In this document: positions 34,656 through 47,400 of the stretch, piece after piece
How the letters are laid out: the number at the start of each line of letters is the position of its first letter
Numbering within the stretch: position 1 is the stretch's first letter
Source of the DNA: an uncultured Gemmatimonadales bacterium
Lineage (GTDB): Bacteria > Gemmatimonadota > Gemmatimonadetes > Gemmatimonadales > GWC2-71-9
Reading direction: 5' to 3'
Assembly: GCA_963739455.1 (NCBI GenBank)
Contig: CAVUAK010000001.1
Span: 2,400,001-2,464,000 of the forward strand
Length of the DNA: 64,000 bases
Notes under the pieces: generated by a model
The model's database searches: none
What the model saw: the letters and a program-made list of their open reading frames with translations, nothing else
Told to the model about the DNA's origin: nothing
Translations under genes and position numbers: made by a program

Positions 34656-37162
34656 TGCTGTCACCGTCTCCAGGGCAATTCCGCCAGGCGGACGCGATCT
34701 TCGACGCGGCGCTCGACCTCGAGCCGGAGGAACGCGCGGCGTTCGTGGAGCGGGCGTGCGAGGGGAACGGGCCGTTGAGGCTGCTGGTGTTGCGGCTGCT
34801 GCGGTCGTTCGAGCGCTCGGGCGGCTTCCTGGCGGAGCCGGCGGTCGACATGGCGCGGCCGCTGCTCGATGCCCCGACCGAGCCCGGCGGCGAGTCGGCG
34901 GTTGCGGTGTTGCCCGACCGGGTGGGGCCATACGTCGTGGCGCGAGAGCTGGGGCGCGGTGGCATGGGAGTGGTGTACCTCGCCGCGCGGGAAGACGACC
35001 CCGCCAGCCGGCCGGTCGCGCTCAAGGTGGTGCGGGGCGGCGCGCTGGTAGCGGGGGCGATGCTGCGGCGCTTCCTCGCCGAGCGGCACATCCTCGGCAC
35101 ACTGGAGCATCCGTTCGTTGCACGCCTGCTCGAGACCGGCATCACCGCCGACGGCACACCCTACTTCGCCATGGAGCACTGCGCGGGAGGCTCGCTGGCC
35201 GACCGCCTGACGCGGCGCCCGCTGTCGGTTCCGGACACGCTGCGCATCGCGCGACAGCTCGCGGAGGCGCTTGCCGCCGCGCACGAACTGGGGATCGTGC
35301 ATCGCGATGTCAAGCCGGCCAACGTGCTCTTCAATGACGAGGGCGACGTCCAGCTCACCGATTTCGGCGTGGCAAAGCTCCTGGACCAGGACTCGACGCT
35401 GTCGGGTGGGCTGCTGGGGACGCCGGCATACCTGGCGCCAGAGCAGCTGCGGGGCACCGGCATTGACCACCGCGCCGATCTCTGGGCGCTCGGCGTCACG
35501 CTCTACCAGATGCTGGCGGGCCGGCGTCCGTTCGAGGGCGGGTCGTATGCGGCGGTGCTGCACGCGGTGGTGACGGTGGAGCCGGAGCCGTTCAATCGCG
35601 CGGGCGGAGTGCCCCCGGCACTGGAGGCGCTGGTGCGTCACCTGCTCCGGAAGGATCCCGAGGCACGGCCGCGAAACGCCGCAAGCGTCGCCGAGGTGCT
35701 CGGGTCGATCGAGACCGATGCTGCGTTCGTGTACGTCGCCAGTGCGCCGGAACTTCCCGACCCCACGTCGACGCCGTCACTCCGCGACCGGGGTGCGTCG
35801 GTGGTGGTGGTTCCCTTCAGCAATACGAGCGGCAACCCCGACGACACGCCGTTCACCGATGGGCTCAGCGACGAACTCATCAGTGCGCTCGGCAAGGTGC
35901 GGGGGCTCCGGGTGACGGCGCGCACGACAGCCTTTGCGCTCCGGGGGAAGGGGCTCGATGCACGGGCGGTGGCGAACATGATCGGCGTGGCGCACCTGCT
36001 GGAGGGGAGCGTGCGACGGGATGGCGACCGCCTCAAGGTGACGGCTCAACTGGTGAGCGCGGCGCAGGGGACGGTGACATGGGCGGAGACGTACGACCGG
36101 GAAGTGCGGGACATCTTCACCGTGCAGGAGGAGCTCGCGCGCGCGATCGTCGACGCGCTGGCGCCCGCGCTCGGCGTCAGCGACGCCCCGGTGGCGCGTC
36201 GCCCCAGGGACGTGGCCACCTACGAACTGTTCCTCAAGGGCCGCTTCTTCTGGGAGAAGCGCACGCCGCCCGACCTCATGCGGGCAGCCGAATACTTCGA
36301 GGAGGCGGTGGCACGCGACCCGGGCTATGCGGAGGCGTATGCGGGGATCGCGGATTCGCTCACGCTGCTGATCGTGTTTGGTGGCCGGCGGCCAGGGGAA
36401 GTGCTGCCGCGACTGCGGACGGCGCTAGCGGAGGCGTTACGCCTTGGGCATGACAGCGCCATGGTGCACGCGGCAAACGCCAATGTGCTCTCGGCGCTGG
36501 AGTGGCGGTGGGCGGAGGCGGAATCGGAGGCGCGGCGCGCGCTCGAGCTGGATCCCGGGCTCGTCAATGCGCGGGTGTACCTCGCCATCGTGCTGCAGCA
36601 CCTGGGGCGATGTGAGGAGGCGATGGAGGTGGCACAGCGCGCGCTTACCGTGGACCCCCTGTCTCCTGCCCTCAACCTGACGCTGGGCCGGGCGTTGCTG
36701 CATGCGCGTCGTCCGGCGGAGGCGCTCGGGCCGCTCCGGACTGCGGTGGAGATATCGCCGGGGTTTGCCTTTGCGCAGTCGCAACTCGGTCATGCCCTGC
36801 TGCAGCTGGACCGGCGTGTCGATGCGCTGGAGACGTTCCGTCGCGCTGCGGCGACTGGTGCACCGAACGAGAAGGGGCACCTGGCGTATGCGCTCGCCAG
36901 CACCGGCGATGCACCGGCTGCACGGCAGTTGCTGGGTGAGTTGCTCGAAGTTGAATCCAAGGCGTACCTCCCCCCAGTCGGGGTTGCGTGCGCCTACGCC
37001 GGCCTGGGCGAACATGACGCGGCGTTCGCGTGGCTGGAGCGGGGATTCTCTGAACGGGCTGCCCAGATGAACACCATCAAGGTGGCGCCAGTGTTCGATG
37101 CGCTCCGCGGCGACCGCCGATGGGGAGACCTGCTGGCCCGAATGGACCTCGGGCCATCGTAG
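34655..37162 (+). CDS. Ser/Thr protein kinase with TolB-N-like domain and TPRs
   Basis: LGRGGMGVVY, VALK, HRDVKPAN, DFG, GTPAYLAPE; TGATG coupling to the ECF gene. Confidence 0.92.
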   Translation: MLSPSPGQFRQADAIFDAALDLEPEERAAFVERACEGNGPLRLLVLRLLRSFERSGGFLAEPAVDMARPLLDAPTEPGGESAVAVLPDRVGPYVVARELGRGGMGVVYLAAREDDPASRPVALKVVRGGALVAGAMLRRFLAERHILGTLEHPFVARLLETGITADGTPYFAMEHCAGGSLADRLTRRPLSVPDTLRIARQLAEALAAAHELGIVHRDVKPANVLFNDEGDVQLTDFGVAKLLDQDSTLSGGLLGTPAYLAPEQLRGTGIDHRADLWALGVTLYQMLAGRRPFEGGSYAAVLHAVVTVEPEPFNRAGGVPPALEALVRHLLRKDPEARPRNAASVAEVLGSIETDAAFVYVASAPELPDPTSTPSLRDRGASVVVVPFSNTSGNPDDTPFTDGLSDELISALGKVRGLRVTARTTAFALRGKGLDARAVANMIGVAHLLEGSVRRDGDRLKVTAQLVSAAQGTVTWAETYDREVRDIFTVQEELARAIVDALAPALGVSDAPVARRPRDVATYELFLKGRFFWEKRTPPDLMRAAEYFEEAVARDPGYAEAYAGIADSLTLLIVFGGRRPGEVLPRLRTALAEALRLGHDSAMVHAANANVLSALEWRWAEAESEARRALELDPGLVNARVYLAIVLQHLGRCEEAMEVAQRALTVDPLSPALNLTLGRALLHARRPAEALGPLRTAVEISPGFAFAQSQLGHALLQLDRRVDALETFRRAAATGAPNEKGHLAYALASTGDAPAARQLLGELLEVESKAYLPPVGVACAYAGLGEHDAAFAWLERGFSERAAQMNTIKVAPVFDALRGDRRWGDLLARMDLGPS

Positions 37163-39533
37163 GGGCGACGCGCAGGCCTCGGCGGCGCAGCGCGTGGCGC
37201 CCTGTCCTGGCGGCGGCAGCAGTGAGTTGCTGCCTGACTCCATCGCTGGCGGCCCAGAGTGCGGTGGTGCGCGGTCGGGTGACGCAGGCCGAGAGTGACA
37301 GCGCCGTGGCGGGGGCTGAGGTCATGGTCAATGCGCGCAGCGTCCGGACGGAGGCTGATTCCGCCGGACGCTTCGTGTTACGCGACGTGCCGCCCGGCGC
37401 GCAAACGATCACGGTGCGCCGGCTGGGGTTCGCGCCGGCAACAGTTCAGTTGACGGTGGCCGCAGGCGATACCGCGGACATCACGGTGCCGCTCACACCG
37501 GGCGTGACGATGCTGGACATCATCACTGCGACGGCCACAGCCGATCCCCGGAGCCTCGCCGACGTGCCGGCAGCGATCTCAGTCGCGGATACGCAGGCGA
37601 TCAGGCAGGGCCGGGCAGTGGGGCTGAACGAGACGTTGCGGATGATGCCGGGCGTGCAGACGGCATCGCGGTTCGGGACGGACGACGTCAACATCGGGAT
37701 CCGTGGCTCGGCGAGCCGGGCACGGCAGGCGATCCGGGGCGTGGCGCTGCTGCTGGATGGCGTTCCGCTTTCGGAACCGGATGGCGTGGCGCGTACAGAC
37801 CTGGTCGAGCTGTTGTCGGCGCAGCGAATCGAGGTGGTACGGGGCCCGGTGTCGGCGCTGTATTTCGGATCGTCGGGCGGCGTGGTCAACGTCATTTCCA
37901 GCACCGGCCTCACCAATCCTGGAGTCGCGGCACTCTGGGAGTACGGGGCCTACGGATTCCAGAAGTACTTCGGTTCGGCCGGCAGCGGGTTCAACGGCGG
38001 ACGCGGTGGCATCCTCGCGTCGGGGTCGTACACGCACTTCGACGGATACCGCGATCACAGCAATGGCGGTATCGGGCGCGGACAGCTGCGGGCCGACTAC
38101 CAGGTGGCGAGCCGGACACAGGTGTCAGTGGACGCCGAGCTGTCGAGCATGAGCACGCGCGTTGCCGGGGCAGCTGACGGAGGCGGAGTTCAATGCTGAT
38201 CCCAACGCCGCGCAGCAGGTTGCGCTGAGGTACGACTTTGGACGAGATGAGGACAGGTTCCGGGTAGGGACACGGGTGCAGCAGGGGCTCAACCGGTCGG
38301 GTTCGACGATCGGCGTCGGCGTACTTCTACTATGGCGGCCGCACCTTCGAGTTTCGGTATCGGCGGGGGCATCCTCAACCTGAACTTTCACCGGCCGCAG
38401 CTGGGCGCCCAGGTGAATGCGGCGCGCGTCGGCGGTGCGCCGTTGAGCCTGGTGGCGGGTGTGGCAGTATGACAAGGTATTCGGACCGGACCAGCGTTGG
38501 CTGAGTGACACAGGCCACAAGGGAGACCTGTACGACAACGGCAGCGACGCGGCGCAGAACCTTGGTGTGTTCGGGCAGGCAGAATGGCAGTTCGGGCACA
38601 GCGTGACGCTTACCGCCGGCCTGCGATACGACGAAGTGGACTTTGCATTCCGCAGCTCGTTTCGCCGGGTTTATTCCGAGGCAGGACCGCACGTACAGCC
38701 AATGGTCGCCGAGGACGACGCTCTCCTGGCGCACGGGGTCACAGAACATGCTCTATGCCTCGGTGTCGCGCGGCTTCGAGGTGCCGGCGTTCGGAGAGAT
38801 CTCGCCCAGTCCCGGCGATACGCTGGTGCAGCTCGAGCCCAAGTCGCTGTGGAACTATGAGGTGGGCGCTCGTGGCCTGGTGGACAAGCGGTTCCTGTTC
38901 GACGCGTCGGTGTTCTTCTCCGATATCGACAACGAGTTCGTTCCGGTGGACAACAACGGCGTCGCCGGCAGTGGAGAACGCCGGCAGCTCGCGCAACTTC
39001 GGCATCGAGTTGTCGCTGCTGACGAACGTGACCCAATGGCTGGACGTGCTGGCTACCTATACGTACTCGGACTTCCGGCTGGTCGAGTACACGCCGCCGT
39101 GCGCGACTCGACGGGGGCCCTCCAGCCGGTAGACATGGCGGGCAACCTGCTGCCGGCGGTGCCGCAGAACCGGCTGACGTTCGGCGTCGATGTCCGGCCG
39201 GTGCGCGGGCTGTCGGTTGGGGTCCGGGTGGAGTGGCAGAGCCAGATGTTCGTGGATTCGGAGAATTCCGAGTCCGGCACCGTGTACTACCTGGGACGGG
39301 ACGGGCTGACTGCCGTTCCCTTCAGTGCGGTGCCGGCGCGGACGCTGGTCGAATTGAATGCGCACTATCAGGCAGGGGTGATCAACATGTTCGGCACCAT
39401 CGAGAACCTGTTCGGCATCACGTATGTGGGCAACGTGGTGGCGAACGCGGTCAATGGCGCGTTTTACGAGGCGGGACCGGGGAGATGGGTGACGCTGGGA
39501 GTGCGGGTCGCGGTGTGGCCGAAGGGGTTGTAA
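37120..39533 (+). CDS. TonB-dependent receptor with N-terminal carboxypeptidase-regulatory-like domain (several frameshifts, start uncertain)
   Basis: Plug motifs IGIRG, LLDGVP, RIEVVRGPVSALY; barrel motifs YASVSRGF, NYEVG, ENLF. Confidence 0.85.
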
Positions 39534-39590
39534 CAGGGAACAGGGAAGCACAGCGAGAAGAGGGAAGAGGGAGAAGGGATGAGGAGAGGC

Positions 39591-40085
39591 ATGAATCAGC
39601 GGCGGATGGTGGGGACGGTGATCGTTGCGATCGGGCTGGCGGCGGGAAGGCTGTCGGCACAGGGGCCGTCGGAGGCTGACTCGAGTTTCCGGGCGTTCCT
39701 TCCATCGTTCGAGGCGGGCCTGCTCGGCCTGTTGAACGGCGATACGACCCTCTGGTTTGCCAATGCGTCCCATGCGGACGATGTGACGCTGTTCACGCCC
39801 TTTGGGACCCTGGTGCGAGGATGGAACGGTGTCTCGGCGCGCTACCGCTTCGCGGCCAGCCACATGGCGAAGGGGGGGGCCACGCTGACGCTCGAGTACA
39901 TCCGCATCGATGCCAGCGGCGACCTGGCGGTGATGGTGGCTGTGGAGCACTCGATATTCGCGTCGGTTCCTGAACCGGGAACAACGCGGGTGACCAGCGT
40001 GTTCCGGCGAGAGGAGGGCCAGTGGAAACTGGTGCACCGGCACATGGATCACCTCCCGCTGGACGCAACAGCGCCAAGCCAGTGA
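39591..40085 (+). CDS. Exported SnoaL/NTF2-like (YybH/DUF4440-like) protein
   Basis: Signal peptide; SHADDVTLFTPFG...RGW...RVTSVFRREEGQWKLVHRHMD. Confidence 0.8.
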   Translation: MNQRRMVGTVIVAIGLAAGRLSAQGPSEADSSFRAFLPSFEAGLLGLLNGDTTLWFANASHADDVTLFTPFGTLVRGWNGVSARYRFAASHMAKGGATLTLEYIRIDASGDLAVMVAVEHSIFASVPEPGTTRVTSVFRREEGQWKLVHRHMDHLPLDATAPSQ

Positions 40086-40117
40086 ACCAAGGGAACAGCG
40101 GGAACAGGGAACAGGGA

Positions 40118-41108
40118 ATGACGCGTGCCAGGCTGGTTGCCAAGGCATTCATGCTGCTGGTGGGGCTCTTGGTGGGAAGGCTTTCGGCGCAGGAGGCGCC
40201 GACTGTAGCCGACTCCGGTTTCCGTGCGTTCCTGGGCGACTTCAATGCGGGGCTTACCGCGATGGTCAACGGTGATCCCACGCTGTGGATGGCCAGCGTG
40301 TCGCATGCTGATGACGTGACGCTGATGACACCGCTGGGTGCGAACCTGCGAGGCTGGGCGGCCGTGGGCAGGCAGTATGAACAGAACGCACTGAAGTATG
40401 CCGGCGGGTCTACGGTGCATCAGGACTATGTAGCCGCCGAGGCCCTGGACGACCTTGGGTATACCGTGGTCCTGCAGGCGGCGTGTACCGGATGCCCGGC
40501 AGCGATTCGACGCGCCAAGGCTTCACCCGGGCGACGAACGTCTTCCGGGTCGAGAACGGGCAGTGGAAGCTGGTGCACCGGCACATGGATCACATGAAGC
40601 CTGACAGTCCGCGGCCGTCGCCGGGGACGCCGGTGTCGGTGACCACAACGGCAGAAACGCCGCCGAGAGTCCTGCCCTCCGAGCAGGGTGTGCCCGCGAT
40701 AGCAGACTCGAGCTTCCGGACGTTCCTCGCATCGTTCGAGATGGGACAGGTTCGGGCGTTGAATGGGGACGGGAGCCCTGTTCATGGCGAACGCGTCGCA
40801 CGCGGACGATGTCAGCGCTGCTGACGCCGTTCGGCGGCGTGGCGCATGGATGGGATGACGTGTCGAGGTTCTACATGGCGGTCGCGGGCCGGTTTACGCC
40901 AAGCGGTGCGACACTGCGAGTGGAGTACATGGCGCTCGAGGTGCACGGTGACATCGCGTACGACGTGGTGCAGGAGTACGCCACGTACCGGCCACTCAGT
41001 GCCCCGGGATCGATGGCGGGAGCGACCCGCGCGACGAACGTCTTCCGACGAGAAGCGGGAGAGTGGAAGCTGGTGCATCGGCATATGGATCATCTGGAGG
41101 GCGGGTAG
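40118..41108 (+). CDS. Exported protein with two tandem SnoaL/NTF2-like domains (frameshifted)
   Basis: Two copies of SHADDV...RATNVFR...WKLVHRHMDH joined by a Pro/Thr linker, spread over shifted frames. Confidence 0.7.
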
Positions 41109-41178
41109 GCGGGAAGGCGGGGAGGGCGGGGAAGGCGGGGAAGGCGGGGAAGGCGGGGAAGGCGGGGAAGTCGGGGAG
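41108..41178 (+). repeat. G-rich 9-mer GGCGGGGAR x~8
   Basis: Directly visible after the stop codon. Confidence 0.9.
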
Positions 41179-41283
41179 GAGAGGTGCTGCAGCATCCTGC
41201 ATGATGGTCGTGCGCCGCATTTCAGTACAGCTGTCTCAACTCTGCAACAGATTGCGTACCTCGCCGGTAACTCCTTTAAATAC

Positions 41284-41310
41284 AATTGTTTGTGATCGTC
41301 ACATTCAATT
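41284..41310. promoter_or_regulatory. Inverted repeat in AT-rich region upstream of the giant adhesin
   Basis: AATTG-TT-TGTGA-TCG-TCACA-TT-CAATT; TTGACA at 41330-41335. Confidence 0.5.
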
Positions 41311-41422
41311 GCCAATACGGGCATGCTATTTGACAAGTATACGTGTTCAAGACAGCAGCGCGATCGGGACTTACGACCGATTCCCGCGTTGCTGATTTTC
41401 GGTTCGGAGATCCGAACCGGGT

Positions 41423-44400
41423 GTGGGAAACCGGACACGGAGACGGTATCGAGTGGCGGCACGACACGACAGGCGCTTGGCGACAGCGCGACACACCGGA
41501 CTGCTGTTCGGTGTGGTCGCGTCGTTGTTGCTGTCGGTTGCCGCACCGGTGCACGCGCAGATCGTGCGCACGTTCACCTCGCGCTACAACACCAACGCCA
41601 GCGGCACCGTGCAGATCGTCGGGAACGCGCTGCTCACCTGCACCGCGTCGGCGACGTGCACCGCGGCGCAGGCCGGAACCGGCGCTTCGCTGGACAACAA
41701 CGGCTTCACGATGGTGGACATCGACATCGACGGCGATGCCACCACCCAGAATTCGAGCTCGGCGACCTTCACGGTGCCGCCGAGCGGTACGGTGTTGTTT
41801 GCCGGGCTCTACTGGGGCGCACGATCGAACGCGGCGGCGCGCAACACTGTTCGCTTCCGCACGCCGGCGACCGCCGGGTACACCACGGTTACCGCGACGC
41901 AGCTCGACGCCAACAACCCGGCCTATCAGGGATTCGCCAACGTCACCGCGCTGGTCCAGGCGGGCGGCACAGGCACCTACACTGTCGCCAATGTGCAGCG
42001 CACGCTGGGGACCGACCAGTATGCCGGCTGGGCCCTCGTCATCGTGGTCAGCGATCCCGCCGAATTGCGGCGCAACCTGGTGGTGTTCGACGGCTACGGC
42101 ACGGTGCAGAGCTCCGCCACGACGGTGACGATCCCGGTGAGCGGCTTCCTGACGCCGAGCAATGGTGCGGTGAATGCGCAGCTGGGGGTGGTGGCGTACG
42201 AGGGTGACCTGGGGCAGACGGGCGACGTGCTGCGCCTGAACGCCACCAACCTCAGCGACGCGGCCAACCCGGCGAACAACGTCTTCAACTCGACGATTTC
42301 GCGGCTCGGTTCGCCGATCGGCGCCAAGCTGCCGAACTACGCCAACCAGCTGGGCTTTGACGCCGATGTCATCAGTGCCGCCGGCATCCTGCCCAACGGC
42401 AGCACCACCGCGACCATTACGCTCACCACCGGCGGCGAGACCTATTACCCCGGCGTGGTGACGCTCGCCACCCAGCTCTATGTGCCGGACCTGACCACGA
42501 CCTTCACCAAGACGGTGACGGACGTGAACGGCGGTACGGTGCAGCGCGGTGACACGCTCGAGTATACGATCGCGTTCACCAATACCGGCCAGGATACGGC
42601 GCTCGCCGTGATGGTGACCGACACGGTGCCGACCGGCTCGACCTACGTGCCGGGCTCGATCAGCTACCTCACTTCAGTTCCTGGTGGCCCACCGACCGGC
42701 ACCAAGACGGACCTGCCGGGCGACGACGCCGCCAACTATGAGGCCGGCCCCAACCGGGTGCTGGCGCGACTCGGCATTGGTGCAACCGCGGCGGCGGGCG
42801 GCCGACTTGGGCCAGGGCAGGGGTCGTCGTTCCGCTTCCGTGTCGTGGTCAACCCGGCGCTGGCGGCGGGGATGCTGGTGAGCAACCAGGCAGGGATCGA
42901 CTACACCGGGCAGACGCTGGGCGACGTGTTCAACGGGAAGAGCGACGGGGACGCCGGCACGCCGGGCATCCAGCCGACGGTCGTGACGGTGGCCGCCGGT
43001 GCCGATGTACAGGTGGGGAAGAGCGGTCCGGTGACGGGCAGCATCACGGTACCGCTGACGTACACCCTGACACTGACCAACAACGGACCCGACGCGTCAC
43101 TCAACGTGGTGGCGCGGGATACGCTGCCGGCGAGCTTCACCTTCGTCAGCGCCACTGGCGGCGGCACGGCGGTGGGCAATGTGGTGACGTGGCCGGCGAT
43201 CGCATCGCTGGCGAGCGGGGCGTCGCAGAGCTTCACGGTAACGGCGACGCCGACCACGGCGGGGTCGTTCACCAACATCGCGGCATCGAGTGCCGCGACG
43301 TTCGACCCGACGGTGACCAACAACAACGGCTCGCTGGCGGCGTCGCGGGTGACGACGGTGGTCGCGGCATTCGCCGACGTGGCGATCACCAAGACCGGTG
43401 CGGCGACGGTGAATGCGGGCGGGTCGCTGGTGTACACAATCACGGCGACCAACGCCGGTCCGGCGGTGGCCACAGCGGTGGTGGTGACGCGACACCGTGC
43501 CGGCCGGTGCGACGTTCGTGAGTGCCACCGGCGGCGGTACGCTGAGTGGCAACGTGGTGACGTGGCCGGCGATCGCATCGCTGGCGAATGGCGCATCACA
43601 GGGCTTCACCCTCACGGTGACAGCGCCGGCCACCGGCACCCTGCTCAACATCGCGGCATCGACGGCGACGTCGCCCGATGGCACACCAGCCAACAACAAC
43701 GGATCTGCGCCGGCGAGCCGAGTCACCACGACGGTGGTGGAACAGGCCGACATCGCGGTGACCAAGACGGGGCCGGCCACGATCAACGCCGGCCAGCCGA
43801 TCACCTACACACTCACGGCATCGAACGCGGGACCGAGTGCGGCGGTGGGTGTGATCGTGACCGATACGCTGCCGGCCGGTGTCACCTTCGTCAGCGCCAC
43901 CGGCGGCGGAACGCTGACGGCAACGTGGTGACGTGGCCGGCGATCGCGAGCCTGGCGAGCGGCGCGAGCCAGGGCGTGAGCGTCACGGTGACGGCGCCTG
44001 CCACCGGTGTGCTGCTCGACATCGCTGCGGGAACATCGACGACTGCCGACCCCAACGCCGCCAACAACAACGGATCGCTGCCGGCGGCGCGCGTGACGAC
44101 GACGGTGGTGGCCCAGGCGGATGTGGCGATTGCCAAGGCGGGTCCGGCGACGGCTCTCGCCTCGAGCGCCCAGGTATACGTGGTCACGGCAAGCAACAGT
44201 GGCCCGTCGGCGGCGAGCAACGTGGTGGTGACGGATACCCTGCCGGCCGCGGTGACCTTCGTGAGCGCCAGCGGTGGCGGGACCGTCGCTGGGCGGGTGG
44301 TGACGTGGCCGGCGATTGCGTCGCTGGCTTCGGGCGCGAACCAGGTGTTCACGGTGACGGTGACGATGCCGTCGACGCCGCAGGTGGTGCTGAACATCGC

Positions 44401-47400
44401 CGCGTCCTCGTCGGCAACGGCCGACCCGAACGCCGCCAACAACAACGGCTCGGCGGCCGGGAGCCGAGTGAGCACGAGCGTCACGGCGTCAGCGGATGTG
44501 CGGACGACGAAGACGGGCCCTGCAACGATCAACGCCGGGCAGAACGTCACCTATACGGTATCGGTGAACAACGTCGGCCCATCGGCGGCTGCGACCGTGG
44601 TGCTGACCGACACGCTGCCGGCGGGTGCCACGTTCGTGAGTGCAACGGGTGGCGGAACGCGGGTGGGCAATGTGGTGACCTGGCCAACGATCGCGAGCCT
44701 GGTGAGTGGTGCCACGCAGAGCTTCACCGTGGTGGTGACGGCGCCCGCGACGGGCACGCTGCTCAACCTCGCGGCCTCGACGTCTGCCACGCCTGATCCG
44801 GACCTGACCAACAACAACGGGTCTGATCCGGCGAGCCGAGTGTCGACGCTGGTGGTGGACCAGGCCAACCTGGCGGTTACGAAGACGGGTCCGGCCACGG
44901 TACTGGCGGGCGCCACCTACTCGTACACGGTGACAGCGTCGAACGCGGGCCCAAGCGCGGCGGCAAACGTGGTGGTGACGGATACGCTGCCGGCAACGGT
45001 GACGTTTGTCAGTGCCACGCTCGGCGGGACGGTGAGCGGCAACGTCGTGACCTGGCCGGCGATCCCGAGCCTGGCCAACGGCGCCAACCAGGTGTACACG
45101 GTGACGGTGACGGCACCGGGCGTCGGGCCGTTGCTCAACATCGCGGCGGGCACGAGTACCACGGCTGATCCGGTGCCGGGCAACAACAATGGCTCGGCGG
45201 CGGGCGCCCGGGTGACCACGGCAGTGACGCTGCAGGCCGATGTGCAGATGACGAAGACGGGACCGGCGAGTGTCCTCGCGGGCCAGACGATCACCTATAC
45301 GGTGACGGTGACGAACGCCGGCCCGAGTGCAGCGGCGACGGTGATCGTGCGGGACTCGCTGCCGGCGGCGGGAACGTTCGTGAGCGCGGTACCGGCGGGT
45401 GCGGTGGCGGGACGGCTCATCACCTTCCCCACGATCGCGTCGCTGGCGCCGGGGGCGAGCCAGGTCTACACGGTGACCTGGACGGCACCGGTCAACCCGG
45501 CGGTGCCGCTCACGCTCAAGAACATGGCGTACAGCACCAGCACCACCGCCGACCCGGTGCCGGCCAACAACAGCAATACCAACCCGGCCGCGATCGTGAA
45601 CACCGCGGTGGTTGCGTCGGCGGATGTCGCGACGACGAAGACCGGTCCGGCGACGGTGAACGCCCTGACCAACTACACGTACACGATCACGACCCGGAAC
45701 AACGGGCCGAGCACGGCGACGGGTGTGGTGGTGGTCGACACGCTGCCGGCCGGGGTGACGTTCGTGAGCGCCACGCTCGGCGGCGTCGCGGTGGGCAATA
45801 TCGTGACGTGGCCGGCGGTGTCGATCAACACGGCGACGACCACGACGCGCACTGTGACGGTGACGTCGCCGGCCTTCGGGACGCTGCTCAACATCGCGGC
45901 CAGCAGTGCTACGACGGCTGATCCGAACCCGGGCGACAACAACGGGTCGGCGGCGGGGGCCCGGGTGACGACGGTGGTGAATACCGCTGACGTGGCCACG
46001 ACCAAGACCGGTCCCGCGACGGTGAACGGGGCCACCAACTTCACCTATACGATCACGGTGCGGAACAACGGCGCCGGGGTCGCGACGGGCATCGTGGTGG
46101 TCGATACGCTGCCGGCGACGGTGACGTTCGTGAGCGCCACCAATGGTGGTGTGCTGGGCGCGGGCAACGTGGTGACCTGGCCGGCGATCGCGACACTGGC
46201 AAATGCAGCGACCGCGGCCCGCAGTGTGACGGTGACGTCGCCGGCCTCGGGGACGCTGCTCAACATCGTCGCCAGCACCTCGACGTCGGCGGACCCGGTG
46301 CCGGCCAACAATGACGGCTCGGCGGCGGGTGCCCGGGTGACGACGGTGGTGAACACCGCCGACGTGGTGACGACCAAGACCGGCCCGGCGACCGCCAATG
46401 GTGGGGCGAGCATCACCTATACGCTGACGGTGCGGAACGCCGGTGCGGGTACCGCGACGGGCATCGTGCTGGTGGATACGCTGCCGGCAGCGGTGACGTT
46501 CGTGAGCGCCTCGGCGGGTGGCACGCTGGGCGCGGGCAATGTGGTGACGTGGCCGGTGATCCCGACGCTGGCCAATGCGGCGACCACCACGCGCACGGTG
46601 ACGGTGACGGTACCGGCGAGCGGTACGCTGCTCAACATCGCGGCGAGCACGGCGACCAGCGTCGACCCGACGCCGGCCAACAACGACGGGTCGCTGCCGG
46701 CGGCGCGGGTCACCACGGTGATCCAGGTGGCCGACGTGGTGACCACCAAGACGGGCCCGCCACCGCGAGCGGCGGGGCGAACATCACCTATACCGTGACG
46801 GTGCGGAACGCCGGCCCGAACGCGGCGCCGAACATCGTCGTCGTGGACACGCTGCCGGCGACGGCGACCTTCGTGAGCGCCTCCAACGGCGGCACCCTCG
46901 GCGCGGGCAACGTGGTGACGTGGCCGGTGCTCGCGACGCTGGCGAACGGTGCGACGACGACGCGCACGGTGATCGTGACGACGCCGGCCACCGGGTCCCT
47001 GCTCAACATTGCCGCGAGCACCTCGGGCACCACCGATCCTGACCTGACCAACAACAACGGGTCGCTGCCGGCGGCGCGCGTCACCACGGTGATCAGCGCG
47101 GCCGACCTGGTCACCACCAAGACCGGTCCGGCGACGGTGAGCCCGGGCGGCAGCATCACCTATACGATCACCACCCAGAACCTGGGCCCGAACGCGGCGC
47201 CCGACGGTGGTGATCCGGGACACGCTGCCGGCCACGGTGACGTTCGTGAGCGCGTCCAACGCCGGTGTGCTGGGCGCGGGCAACGTAGTGACCTGGCCGG
47301 CGGTCGCGAGCCTGGCCAACGGCGCCTCCACGGTGCGCACGGTGACGGTGACCGCCCCCGCTATCGGCACGCTGCTCAACATCTCGGCGAGCTCGTCGGC

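Noticed and set aside
41291..41303. CRP site
   Set aside because: TGTGA and TCACA are 3 nt apart, not 6
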